Shown here: positions 29,624-38,411 of the stretch, one piece after another | How the letters are laid out: each line of letters opens with the position of its first letter | Position numbering within the stretch: position 1 is the first letter of the stretch | Notes under the pieces: model-generated | What the model was told of the DNA's origin: nothing | The model's database searches: none | The model's input: only the letters and a program-made list of their open reading frames with translations | DNA from: an uncultured Chloroflexia bacterium | GTDB lineage: Bacteria > Chloroflexota > Anaerolineae > CG2-30-64-16 | Reading direction: 5' to 3' | Length of the DNA: 64,000 nt | Assembly: GCA_963810095.1 (NCBI GenBank) | Contig: CAWEMM010000011.1 | Location: 160,001-224,000 of the forward strand | Position numbers and translations under genes: made by a program

Positions 29624-30784
29624 TCATTCCCGATCCAGCCCGGCCGCCTCGTTCAATTCATCCAACAACCGCCGGACTTCCTCTGGTCCGTATCCACGCA
29701 CCGCCGCGGCTTGGCGCACTGGCTCCCAGAACGGAACCGGATCGTCGCGCCACGGGATACCGTGGGCATCAAAGACCGCCTGCGTCTGGGGGAATGCCTG
29801 GGCAGTCTGCGCGACGCTCGCGTCTACATCGAGCGGTCCACTCCCGGCTCGACCGGCAGCCGCCCCCGTCGTGTTCCGCCCGTAGGTGCCCGCCTGAGAC
29901 CCCTCCAGGCCCAGCAGCGCAGCCGCATTCCCGCCCATAATGGCAGACCTGGCGTCTGCGTCCAGCCCCAGCGCGCCAACCTCGCGCAGGAACGGCAGCA
30001 TATCAGGCTCCGCTTGGCGCGCAGGGTACAACCGCAGCGGATAGTCGGATGCGAACAGCAGCTTCTGCGGCGCAACGCACGCCAGCGCCGCGTTGAAGAT
30101 GCGGCTCGTCGGGAAAATGAGCGGGGATGCGGCCGTGTCGTACCAGACGTTGGCCAGCGCCCGGCGCACGGCGGGCATCAACTCGTAGAAGAGCAGCCCA
30201 CCGCCCCAATGGGCAAGGATTAGCCTCAGCTCGGGGTAGCGCACGGCCAGCTCGTAGTAATGAGCGAGCGGCGTCGTTGCCTTTCCGGGGTAGTAGTGGC
30301 CGACTTCCTCGTTGGTGTGCAGGTTAAGCGGTATGTTATGGCGGATGCACGCCTCGGCTAAGCGCAGGAAGTCAGGGTCGTCCAGCCGGTAACCCTGGCC
30401 GTAGGGGCCCAACTCGCCCACGCCGCGCATCCCCGCATCGACGCACCGCGCGACCTCGTCCAGTGCGGCCGCGCCCGCCTTCGGCTGCACCATTGCAAAG
30501 GGAATCACACGGTCGGGCCAGCGCCGGGCAATGGCGATGGCCTGGTCGTTGCGCGCCACGCAGGCTTCGTGCGAACGCCGGTACTCCCCCATCAGGACGA
30601 CCCGGTCCACCCCGGCCGCATCCATGTCGGCGATCATACGCTCGGGTGTGGCCCACCCTTGCAGGCTCCGGCCGTCCGGGCCGGGCGCGAGCAGCAAGCC
30701 CCAGAACGGCTCTTCCTTTAGGAAGTCGTCTAGGTGATCCCGCAGTGCGGGCGGCGTGTAGTGCACGTGCGCGTCGATAATCAT
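29624..30784 (-). CDS. Amidohydrolase_2-family metallohydrolase with a C-terminal DUF1858/ScdA_N-like helical domain
   Basis: IIDAHVH, GVGEL, LNLH, LILAHWGGG, WYDTAA and LLFASDYP, followed by an extra domain of about 70 aa (DASVAQ...FPQTQAVF..HGI...AAAVRG...LLDELNEA). Confidence 0.82.
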   Translation of the reverse strand: MIIDAHVHYTPPALRDHLDDFLKEEPFWGLLLAPGPDGRSLQGWATPERMIADMDAAGVDRVVLMGEYRRSHEACVARNDQAIAIARRWPDRVIPFAMVQPKAGAAALDEVARCVDAGMRGVGELGPYGQGYRLDDPDFLRLAEACIRHNIPLNLHTNEEVGHYYPGKATTPLAHYYELAVRYPELRLILAHWGGGLLFYELMPAVRRALANVWYDTAASPLIFPTSRIFNAALACVAPQKLLFASDYPLRLYPARQAEPDMLPFLREVGALGLDADARSAIMGGNAAALLGLEGSQAGTYGRNTTGAAAGRAGSGPLDVDASVAQTAQAFPQTQAVFDAHGIPWRDDPVPFWEPVRQAAAVRGYGPEEVRRLLDELNEAAGLDRE

Positions 30785-30869
30785 GTCGTTCCCTTCGGGC
30801 CACTTGGAGGGCTGGGAAATGGCAGGCGTCCTCGGCCTGAGCAACGGTGCAGCTACTGCCGCTCTGCAC

Positions 30870-31889
30870 CTACGCAACCGGTCCCGTGGTGTCACCGGCC
30901 ACCCAGCGTGGCTCCAAGAGGACCTGCGTGTCGCCGGCTGGCGCGTCGCCCAAAAGGCCCAGCAGAAGTTGAACCGCGTGCCGCGCTTGCTCCTCGCCCC
31001 GCAGATCCACTCCGGTCGCTCCGAACCCCAGCGCCTCGCTTACCCAAGTCTTGCCCAGGCAAACAAGTGACAGGTCGTCCGGCAGAATCCGGCCAAGCGT
31101 CCGTGCGGCTGCCTGAGCCCCCCACGCTGCGAGATCGCCCGCGACGATGAGCGCGCTGATCTCTGGCTGGTGTCGCAGGAGCTCTTCGGCCGTCGAGCGT
31201 GCGGCCGACGGAGGGCACGTGGCAGCCTGAATCCGCAGGCGGCGCCGGGCGCATGCCCGCTCGTAGGCCTGCAGCGAGCGGGCGGCGCTCGCGGCTCCAC
31301 GAGGGTCTTCGTGGAGAAACGCGATGCGGCGGTGCCCCAGGCCCGCGAGGTGTTCGACGCATTCCTCCACGGCCGCGTCCACGTCCACATCGACGAAATT
31401 GAGGTCTGAATTATCCTCAGTCCGGCCGAGCATGACAAACGGCACCCCTGCGGAACGCAAGCCGCGCACACGCTCGTCGTGCATCTGCACCTGCCCCACG
31501 ACCGCCCCGTCGAGCATCCCGGCCTCGAGAAACGGCGTTAGCCCGGACGCATCCGCGCCAGGCTGAGTAAAGAGCATGAGCGCAAAGCCCGCAGCGGCCA
31601 CATCCGCACCGGCCGCGGCGAATACGGCCGTCACGTCCGGTTGCCAGGTCGCCGCATGTCCCGGCCGCGACTCGAAAACCAGGGGATAGATGAAGCCGAC
31701 CGCGCCGCTACGCCCCGCGGCGAGCCGCTGGGCCACCGGATTAGGCCGGTAGCCGAGGGCTAGGATCGCAGCATCGATGCGCCGGCGCGTCTCGACCGAG
31801 ACAGGGCGCTTTCCACTTAGCGCGTGAGACACCGTGCTTTTTGTGACGCCTGCGCGGCGTGCCACATCCTCGATCGTGGCCCTGGTCAT
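30870..31889 (-). CDS. LacI-family transcriptional regulator
   Basis: ATIEDVARRAGVTKSTVSHALSG...LGYRPN..AQRL helix-turn-helix plus a sugar-binding domain. Confidence 0.93.
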   Translation of the reverse strand: MTRATIEDVARRAGVTKSTVSHALSGKRPVSVETRRRIDAAILALGYRPNPVAQRLAAGRSGAVGFIYPLVFESRPGHAATWQPDVTAVFAAAGADVAAAGFALMLFTQPGADASGLTPFLEAGMLDGAVVGQVQMHDERVRGLRSAGVPFVMLGRTEDNSDLNFVDVDVDAAVEECVEHLAGLGHRRIAFLHEDPRGAASAARSLQAYERACARRRLRIQAATCPPSAARSTAEELLRHQPEISALIVAGDLAAWGAQAAARTLGRILPDDLSLVCLGKTWVSEALGFGATGVDLRGEEQARHAVQLLLGLLGDAPAGDTQVLLEPRWVAGDTTGPVA

Positions 31890-31932
31890 GCATACCCCTT
31901 CCTCTAGCGAGGCGCTTCCGAGGTCGATCATA

Positions 31933-31981
31933 CAAACCGGTTTGATTCTTCCATGATAGTGCAAACCGGTTTGAGTGTCAA
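31933..31981 (-). promoter_or_regulatory. lacI-gene promoter overlapped by two perfect LacI-type operators (CAAACCGGTTTG)
   Basis: Minus strand has TTGACA (31981-31976), a 17-bp spacer and TATCAT (31958-31953). The palindrome CAAACCGGTTTG lies at 31962-31973 (in the spacer) and at 31933-31944 (downstream of +1). Confidence 0.85.
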
Positions 31982-32077
31982 GGCGCGACAGAAAAATGAC
32001 CGTGGTCATGTTTCGGCAGCCCAGGGGCTCATACCGCTCTGGGAGCGCTCTCATACCGGAAGCCGTTTGCGCGAAAC

Positions 32078-32110
32078 AAAAAAGGGGGCGCCCTGCGGCG
32101 TCCCCTTTTC
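32078..32110. terminator. Bidirectional intrinsic terminator downstream of aor
   Basis: AAAAAAGGGGGCGCC-CTGC-GGCGTCCCCTTTT. Confidence 0.8.
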
Positions 32111-32276
32111 TGATTTACCCATGCGGCTTGTCTGCCGGCTCATCTCCGGCGTGGTGCCTTACGTGGCTTGGATTGCGGCCCCCAGACGGATAGTTCGTTT
32201 AACCCACGGCAGGCAGAGCTGCGCCAGGACCTCCGCGGTCTCGTGAACCGCGGAGGTCGATGGGCCGCCCGTCTGC

Positions 32277-34184
32277 CTATCCGAGCAGTTCCGCCAAGCC
32301 GAGCTCGGCCAGCCGCTCGGCAGTGGGCACGCCGTCCGGCGTCCACCCCATCAGGCCGTACCACTGCTGCCGCGCCCTGAGCAGGCTTTCCTCGGATATC
32401 TCTACTCCGGCCGCGGGCCCTTCCGTGAACGGCTGCATGATGCGCTTGGGCAGGCGGTCGTCTGCTGCGGTCAAGCCCTCGCGGAAGTTGAACAACCGGC
32501 ACAGGTGCTGGGCCCGCTCGCCAACCCGCAGGATTTCCTCGGCCGAGTAGTCGTGCCCGGTTGCGCCGCTGATCGCCTCGGCCAGCTGCACATAATTGTA
32601 CGGGTAGAAGGCGCACACGACGGCGCAGTCCATAAAGTGAGTCCAGTTCACCTCGTGGTAGAAGAGCTCCACCTTCTTCTCGTCCAATGCGGTCACTGGC
32701 ATCGGCTCGGCGGGATAGACGGCACGCACTCGGTCGAGCGCGCCCCCGGGGCTGGAGTAGTCGCCGTCGTGAATGTTCATCATGTGGTCCGCGCCGACCG
32801 GCCCTACAGCATAGCCGAGGGCCAGGCCCACCTTGGTGCGGGGTTCGTGCATGGGGAACTCTTGACCCTTAACCTCGACCAGGTAGTCCTCCGACCCGTG
32901 CCCCACCCACTTGCTGATGCGCCGGCTGCCCTCGGCCATCTTCTCGCCGAAGCCGCGGCAGTGGGCGATCATGTCGACGGCCTCCACCACGGCCGCCCCG
33001 TCGCCCCATTTCGGCAGGAAGCCGCCGGTCTGCTCCGCGGTCAGCAGGCCCCGGTCGACCAACTCCATGACATACGCGATCGTCATCCCGGTGCTGATCG
33101 TGTCCAGCCCCCAGCGGGCGCACAGCTCATTCGCTTTCGCCACCGCGATCAGGTCGGCGACGCCGCAGGCGCTGCCGAACGCGCCCAGCGTCTCGTATTC
33201 CGGGCCGCCGTAGACCGGCTCGATCGTCGTCTGCCCCGTCATTTCGGTCTGGAGCAGAGGCTCATCAGGGAAGGCTTCGCCTTCGTACGCGACCACTTGC
33301 TTGCAGTAGACCGGGCACGCCTGGCAGGTGTCGCGCTCCTTGCGGATCGTGGCCGCCATCAACTTGCCGTCGATGCTCTTCGCATCGGGGAATTCGGGAT
33401 CTTGGAAGTTGCGGACGGGCAGGTTGCTCGTCCTGGCGTGAAAAGCGACGCTGCCGGGCGTACCCATTGTCACCGCCCAGGCCATCCGCTCTTTGTACTC
33501 CTGGCCGATCCACTTGGTGACGGGCAGTGTGCGCTGGCGGTTGCCTTGTGGAACGTTCTGCGTGCCCCGCACCGCCACCGCCTTGAGGTTCTTGCTGCCC
33601 ATGACTGCGCCCAGGCCGTTGCGGCCCGCGGCCCGGTTCACGTCGTGCATGATGGCCGAGTACAGCACTCCGTTTTCGCCCGCCACGCCAATCTGCGCCA
33701 CCCGCACCTTGTCGTCGCCGAGTTCTGCGCGAATCGCCGCTTGCACCGGCGCGGTGTCCTGGCCCCACAAATGACCCGCGGGACGCAGGCTCATGTTGCC
33801 GTCGCTGACGTAGAGGTAGACCGGCTCGACCGCTCTGCCGTGAACGACCAGCGCATCCCAGCCGCACCGCTTGAACTCATGGCCCCACCAGCCGCCGGCT
33901 TCAGAGCTGGCAATCGCGCCGGTGAGCGGGCTCTTCGCCCCCACCCCGTGCCGCCCGCTTGAAGGGAGGTTCGTGCCCTGTAGAAGGCCAGGCGCAAAAA
34001 TGAGGATGTTATCCGGACCGAGGGCATCCACGCCGGCCGGCGTGTGCTTCAGCAGCAGATACGCTACCAGGCCGCGGCCTCCCGCCAGCCGCAGGTACGC
34101 CTCATCCGGGGGCGTCTCGACCCACGACGAACCATCCGTTACGTCAACATGGAGGATCTTCCCCCAAGAACCGCCGACAGTCAT
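32277..34184 (-). CDS. aor: Aldehyde:ferredoxin oxidoreductase (tungstoenzyme, AOR family)
   Basis: KSPLTG, S.AGG.WG, AGRNGLGAVMGSKNLKAV, C..CPV.C, GPEYET, GLDTISTG, VKGQEFPMHEPR and DRLPKR motifs. Confidence 0.93.
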   Translation of the reverse strand: MTVGGSWGKILHVDVTDGSSWVETPPDEAYLRLAGGRGLVAYLLLKHTPAGVDALGPDNILIFAPGLLQGTNLPSSGRHGVGAKSPLTGAIASSEAGGWWGHEFKRCGWDALVVHGRAVEPVYLYVSDGNMSLRPAGHLWGQDTAPVQAAIRAELGDDKVRVAQIGVAGENGVLYSAIMHDVNRAAGRNGLGAVMGSKNLKAVAVRGTQNVPQGNRQRTLPVTKWIGQEYKERMAWAVTMGTPGSVAFHARTSNLPVRNFQDPEFPDAKSIDGKLMAATIRKERDTCQACPVYCKQVVAYEGEAFPDEPLLQTEMTGQTTIEPVYGGPEYETLGAFGSACGVADLIAVAKANELCARWGLDTISTGMTIAYVMELVDRGLLTAEQTGGFLPKWGDGAAVVEAVDMIAHCRGFGEKMAEGSRRISKWVGHGSEDYLVEVKGQEFPMHEPRTKVGLALGYAVGPVGADHMMNIHDGDYSSPGGALDRVRAVYPAEPMPVTALDEKKVELFYHEVNWTHFMDCAVVCAFYPYNYVQLAEAISGATGHDYSAEEILRVGERAQHLCRLFNFREGLTAADDRLPKRIMQPFTEGPAAGVEISEESLLRARQQWYGLMGWTPDGVPTAERLAELGLAELLG

Positions 34185-34222
34185 TGTCCCTCCTCGTGTT
34201 CCGCTTGCGCCGGCCGCGGGTG

Positions 34223-34441
34223 TCAGCCGCCGCCGAGTGCGGGTATCAGCTCCACCTTGTCGCCATCCTGAAGCAGAGTGTCCCACTGGGCGAGTTTCCC
34301 ATTCACCAGGATCATGAGTCCTGTGGAACGCGGCAATGGCAGCGATCCCGCGGCCTCGCCCACGGTGCAGGAGCCCTCGAGCTCCAGCACTGCGGGCGCC
34401 GCGCCCGCCAACAGATCTTCGGCATGAAGGGTTACGCGCAC
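34223..34441 (-). CDS. moaD: MoaD/ThiS-family sulfur carrier
   Basis: Ubiquitin-like fold ILVNG...LQDGDKVELIPALGGG with C-terminal GG, immediately upstream of aor. GTG start with GAGG. Confidence 0.82.
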   Translation of the reverse strand: MRVTLHAEDLLAGAAPAVLELEGSCTVGEAAGSLPLPRSTGLMILVNGKLAQWDTLLQDGDKVELIPALGGG

Positions 34442-34654
34442 GGCCACACCTCGCTCGCTACTCTCATCACGAGTGGCATTGTAACACATGGGCAGACAGC
34501 GCCAGAGAAGCGGCACTACAATGCGGAGAAGAACCCGCGCCCGCTGGAGCTGCCGGCCGGCGAAGGATGAAGTGGGAACGCTGACCGGCGCGGGCCTGCC
34601 ACGGCCTGTTAGGGTCATGATTCGTCTTCGTTGACGGGGGTCCTGACGCAAACA

Positions 34655-34719
34655 GGACCCTGGAGCAACTGATCCAACTGATCTACACGGTGCTGGGGGA
34701 AAAAACGTGATAATCAGTC
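34655..34719. repeat. CAACTGAT 9-mer repeat element (degenerate copy)
   Basis: GGACCCTGGAGCAACTGATCCAACTGATC...CGTGATAATCAGTC shares blocks with 42652-42747 and 44855-44885. Confidence 0.6.
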
Positions 34720-34780
34720 GTGCGGGGCCAGGCACCCAAGGGATGCCTCGCCCCGCACGACCGGGCTTTGTTAGCCGCTT

Positions 34781-35410
34781 TTAGTTGCTCACGACCGGCG
34801 CCTGCTTGATATAGGTGGGCGAGGCAGCTTGCTGGAGCATGAAGGCCGCCAAATCCGCGCGCGAGAGCGACATGCCCGCGCCCTTCCCGAGGTAGCCAAC
34901 TTTCGGCGTCCCCTTCGGCGGATCGTCGGTCAGCCGCGGGATGCGGACGAGCGTCCAGTCGAGGTGCGACGCCCGCACGCCACGGGCCATGGCCGACATG
35001 TCCTCGTACGCGCCCTTCGCCGCAGTCTTGAGGAGCACGCCAATCAGTTTGTCCACCGGGCCCGGCTTGTCGGCCGGATCGCCGACGCCGGCCCCGGCCG
35101 CGACCACCAACCGCCTGACACCGCATCGCTCGGCCGCCTGCATGATGTTGTCCATGCTGTGGCTGATCGAAAATGGGGGTGCATCCTTCGCCGGGCCGAG
35201 CAGGCTCAGGACGGCCTGTGCGCCGCTCACGGCCTCCTCCACTCGAGCCGGGTCCAGCGCATCGCCCCCTATCACCCGCAGGCCCGCTCGTGCGGGACCC
35301 AGCTTGGCCGGTGTTCGCGCCAACACGGTCACCTCATGCCCGGCAGCCAGTGCCTGCTCGACGAGCAGCCGGCCCGTCTTCCCCGTTCCACCGAAAATGG
35401 CGAGCTTCAC
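34781..35410 (-). CDS. NAD(P)H-binding atypical SDR (flavin reductase/BLVRB-like)
   Basis: MKLAIFGGTGKTG Rossmann motif, GHEVT.LAR, LDWTLVR and SRADLA. Confidence 0.88.
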   Translation of the reverse strand: MKLAIFGGTGKTGRLLVEQALAAGHEVTVLARTPAKLGPARAGLRVIGGDALDPARVEEAVSGAQAVLSLLGPAKDAPPFSISHSMDNIMQAAERCGVRRLVVAAGAGVGDPADKPGPVDKLIGVLLKTAAKGAYEDMSAMARGVRASHLDWTLVRIPRLTDDPPKGTPKVGYLGKGAGMSLSRADLAAFMLQQAASPTYIKQAPVVSN

Positions 35411-35488
35411 GCTGACTCCTCCTCGACAAAGATAGGCGAATTATAACGACTGGTCTATAGAATCATCGTAGCCATGCTTCCCTTAAGC

Positions 35489-35578
35489 AGAAACCTCTCC
35501 CCTCGGTCCCAGAAACCGGGCCTCTCCAACGCCACGGGCGCGAGACCTGGTATCTGGGTCACGAGGCGAGAGGTTTCT
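35489..35578. repeat. Long imperfect hairpin of the AGAAACC family
   Basis: AGAAACCTCTC..CCCAGAAACCGGG ... CCTGGTATCTGGG..GAGAGGTTTCT. Confidence 0.65.
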
Positions 35579-35674
35579 TCCCTCAACCCCTGGTTACCCC
35601 TGGCACATTACGTCGCCCCTTCGATCGGTGGGGCGACGACCGGGTACGTATGGTCGGCCGTGCGCCGCTTCGAC

Positions 35675-36229
35675 TCAAAACACGGCGAGCGACAGCGTGC
35701 TCATTGCCGGCGCGGGCACGCGCTCGCCCTTCAACTGCCACACCTGGACGTGCGCTTCCATGAACTCCTCGCCCAACATGCGCGCCACCGACACCCGGTG
35801 GTGCCCGTCCCGCACGTAGTAGGTGTCGCCTACCTGCACCAGCGAAATCGCCGGTAGCGACTGGCCGCACACCCGGGCCGCGTACACGCCCGCCCAGCGC
35901 TGCTGAGCCGATGACTTGAGCGGGAGGAACGCATCGTCGAAGTCCGTCACCCGGCATTCACTGCCGCGGATCTTCCTGACCTCGACCGTCTGGCACCCGG
36001 CCTCGTACATGGACTCGACGGTCGCTGTCTTGCGGACCTCGTCCAGGTCAAGCAGCGCGTGGGGCCTGCGCACCAACTTGGCCCACGCCCGCTTTAGTTG
36101 CGCCCGCCAGTGGACGCTGTGAAAGAGCGACACTGCCCTACCAACCGCCTCGATGCCAGGGTCGTAGCGCTGGCGTCCCCCCGAGGGAGCAATCGAGCTG
36201 GCTTGGAACTGGCCGTAAGAGTCAAACAT
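35675..36229 (-). CDS. ParB/Sulfiredoxin-like N-terminal domain protein
   Basis: V.KIRGSE.R..DFD..FLP...RW...LPAISLVQVGDTYYVRDGHHRVSVAR. ATG at 36229 with GGAG upstream. Confidence 0.75.
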   Translation of the reverse strand: MFDSYGQFQASSIAPSGGRQRYDPGIEAVGRAVSLFHSVHWRAQLKRAWAKLVRRPHALLDLDEVRKTATVESMYEAGCQTVEVRKIRGSECRVTDFDDAFLPLKSSAQQRWAGVYAARVCGQSLPAISLVQVGDTYYVRDGHHRVSVARMLGEEFMEAHVQVWQLKGERVPAPAMSTLSLAVF

Positions 36230-36241
36230 CGTGTTCTCCCG

Positions 36242-36371
36242 TAGCTTGCGTTCTCGCCTAGCTTGCGTTCTGGCGTAGCTTGCGTTCTGGCGTAGCTTGC
36301 GTTCTGGCGTAGCTTGCGTTCTGGCGTAGCTTGCGTTCTGGCCTAGCTTGCGTTCTGGCGTAGCTTGCGTT
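36242..36371. repeat. Tandem repeat: 17-bp unit TAGCTTGCGTTCTGGCG, seven full copies plus a partial copy
   Basis: Units start at 36242, 36259, 36276, 36293, 36310, 36327 and 36344, with a partial unit at 36361. There are no spacers. Confidence 0.95.
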
Positions 36372-36422
36372 GCGAACCATGGGCTCCGTACAGGCCAGGG
36401 CTCGCCACGGTCGCTCGGTCGC

Positions 36423-37049
36423 TCAGGCCCAGGCCGCCGCAAGGATACCAGAGCCGGCGAGTGGGGCCGTGCGGGGCGCCTGGCTCGGCGCCTGCCGGCG
36501 GGCGTCCTTCGTTTCAAGCATTTCGGCCATCGTGGCCCGTGCCCGGTGAAGCCGGCTCTTGACTGCACTCACCGTCGTGCCCGTCGCCTCCGCGATCTCC
36601 TGGTACGAGAGGTCATACCAGTAGAGCATGACGACTGCCGCCCGATCCTTGGCCGGCAGGACTTCCAGCAGCGCCTGCACATCCGACGCACGCTCGCCCT
36701 GCAGCGCCGAGTCTTCGGGGCCCACCCGCTTTTCGCGCAGCGCCGGGTGTCCGGCCAGGGGCTCGTCGTCGATGTCCAACCACGTAACGCGGCGGCGGCG
36801 GAGCCGGTCGATGCAGTAGTGGCTCGCGATCGAGAAGAGCCAGGTCTTGAAGGGCCGCTCGGGATCATACCGGTGAAACTGCGTGTAGGCCCGCAAGAAG
36901 GTTTCTTGAGTCGCATCCTGAGCCTGGTCGGCTTCGCCCAGCATCCGGTAGCACAGGTTGTAAATGGCGGTCTGATAGGTCTGAACCAGGGTCGTGAAAG
37001 CTGCCTGGTCGCCCTTGCGTGCCAAAGTGACGATGTCCTGCTCGCTCAT
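36423..37049 (-). CDS. ECF RNA polymerase sigma factor (SigW/RpoE-like)
   Basis: GDQAAFTTLV..YQ, AQDATQETFLRA, FKTWLFSIA, and region 4 LSYQEIAE..GTTVSAVKSRLHRAR. Confidence 0.92.
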   Translation of the reverse strand: MSEQDIVTLARKGDQAAFTTLVQTYQTAIYNLCYRMLGEADQAQDATQETFLRAYTQFHRYDPERPFKTWLFSIASHYCIDRLRRRRVTWLDIDDEPLAGHPALREKRVGPEDSALQGERASDVQALLEVLPAKDRAAVVMLYWYDLSYQEIAEATGTTVSAVKSRLHRARATMAEMLETKDARRQAPSQAPRTAPLAGSGILAAAWA

Positions 37050-37065
37050 GGTATGACTCCCCTTC

Positions 37066-37434
37066 TTACGCACCAGCCACCACGTCCAGCGCCTGCAGCA
37101 GGCGTGCTGGTGGCTCCCCTTTGTTGACGAAGGCGTCGGCCCCAGCTTCGAGGGCCTGCACTTCGTAATCGCCGTTCATCGAAAGCACGATGATCTTGAT
37201 GTTCGGCCAGCGGCTCTTGATCGTCCTGGTGGCCTCAATCCCATCCAGCTCGCCCATGCAGACATCCATCAAGACTGCATCGGGCTCCCAGCTTTCTACC
37301 AGCGCTATGGCTTCCCGTCCGTTGATCGCTTCCTGTAGCGCCGTTACTGCCGGGTGGGTTCCTACCAGGGCCCGCAAGCTCTGGCGGGCTCGGGCCATGT
37401 CGTCGACGATCAGTATCCGCATGTGCTCGTTCAT
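37066..37434 (-). CDS. Stand-alone response regulator receiver domain protein
   Basis: RILIVDD, VLMDVCM..LDGIEAT, VLSM and AGADAFVNK, with no output domain. Start could be 37434 or 37422. Confidence 0.88.
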   Translation of the reverse strand: MNEHMRILIVDDMARARQSLRALVGTHPAVTALQEAINGREAIALVESWEPDAVLMDVCMGELDGIEATRTIKSRWPNIKIIVLSMNGDYEVQALEAGADAFVNKGEPPARLLQALDVVAGA

Positions 37435-37602
37435 CACTTTGTGCCTTCCGCTGCGTGTCTGCTTCAGTACGGTCTCGTGTCGCAGCGTCATCGACAAGAT
37501 AAGCCCTTGCGCCAAATCTCACATCGGGAAAACCACGGGGGTTTGCGTACACAAAGAGACCACCCTGGCGGGTGGTCTGGTGCGGGATTTGAGTAGGAGG
37601 AG

Positions 37603-37618
37603 TACCAGATTTCTGGTA
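37603..37618. promoter_or_regulatory. Putative NarL-family 7-2-7 inverted-repeat binding site
   Basis: TACCAGA-TT-TCTGGTA, upstream of the receiver/ECF operon and directly after the NarL-family regulator gene. Confidence 0.5.
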
Positions 37619-37653
37619 TGTGCGCTGGGGACGCCGGCGGGGTGCGTGCGGGC

Positions 37654-38331
37654 TTACGCGTCGTCGCCGAAGGAAGGAATATCGTCCAGCGAGGCCAGGC
37701 CCTCGCGCAGCGCAAACAAGGCCGCCTGGGTCCGGCTGGCGAGGTGGAGCTTGCCGAGGATGTTGCTGACGTGCGTACTAACGGTCAGCTCGGTAATCAC
37801 GAGTTTCTCCGCGATCTCCCGATTGCTGCGGCCCTGTGCGACGAGCCGCAGCACTTCCATTTCGCGCCCGGTCAAAGGATCGGTCGTCAGTTGCTCCCTC
37901 GACGGGTGAGCAAGCTCGAACAGCACTTTGCTGGCAATCGACGGCTCGAGCGAAGGCTGGCCCCGGTGCACCTGCCGGATCGCCTGCACCAACTCGAAGG
38001 GGCCCGAGTCTTTCAACAGGTAGCCAAGCGCGCCGGCCTTGATGGCAGGAAAAACCTTATCGTCCGCCGCAAAGCTGGTCAGGACGAGCACGCGCACGCC
38101 CTTCAGCTGCGCGGTGATCTGGCGCGTCGCCTCGATCCCGTCGATTTTGGGCATGACCAGGTCCATCATCACCACGTCTGGCCGCAAGGCTTGGGCCTTT
38201 GCGATGGCTTCGGCGCCGTCCGACGCCTCACCCACTACCTCGAAGTCGGGCTCCGTCGCCAGCAGCGCGGCGATCCCTTTACGCACGATTGCGTGGTCGT
38301 CGACGAGCATGACGCGAATCTTCTGTGACAT
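37654..38331 (-). CDS. NarL/LuxR-family DNA-binding response regulator
   Basis: VMLVDDH, MMDLVMP, VLTSF and GYLLK, plus LTGREMEVL...SNREIA...TVSTHVSNILGKL. Confidence 0.95.
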   Translation of the reverse strand: MSQKIRVMLVDDHAIVRKGIAALLATEPDFEVVGEASDGAEAIAKAQALRPDVVMMDLVMPKIDGIEATRQITAQLKGVRVLVLTSFAADDKVFPAIKAGALGYLLKDSGPFELVQAIRQVHRGQPSLEPSIASKVLFELAHPSREQLTTDPLTGREMEVLRLVAQGRSNREIAEKLVITELTVSTHVSNILGKLHLASRTQAALFALREGLASLDDIPSFGDDA

Positions 38332-38411
38332 GGTGCTCCTTGTACCGAGATCCTATCGCTTCCGGGTTGACGGCCCGTGGGCATGCAATTGCGCCCTTCC
38401 CGGGGTGCGCG

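Noticed and set aside
36242-36371. Possible CRISPR array
   Set aside because: Units are 17 bp, head-to-tail, with no unique spacers, and there are no cas genes in the window. It is a tandem repeat.
36230-36568. Repetitive N-terminal extension (TQATPERKL...) on the ParB-like ORF
   Set aside because: It comes from reading through the 17-bp repeat and overlaps the ECF gene. The RBS-supported start is ATG 36229.
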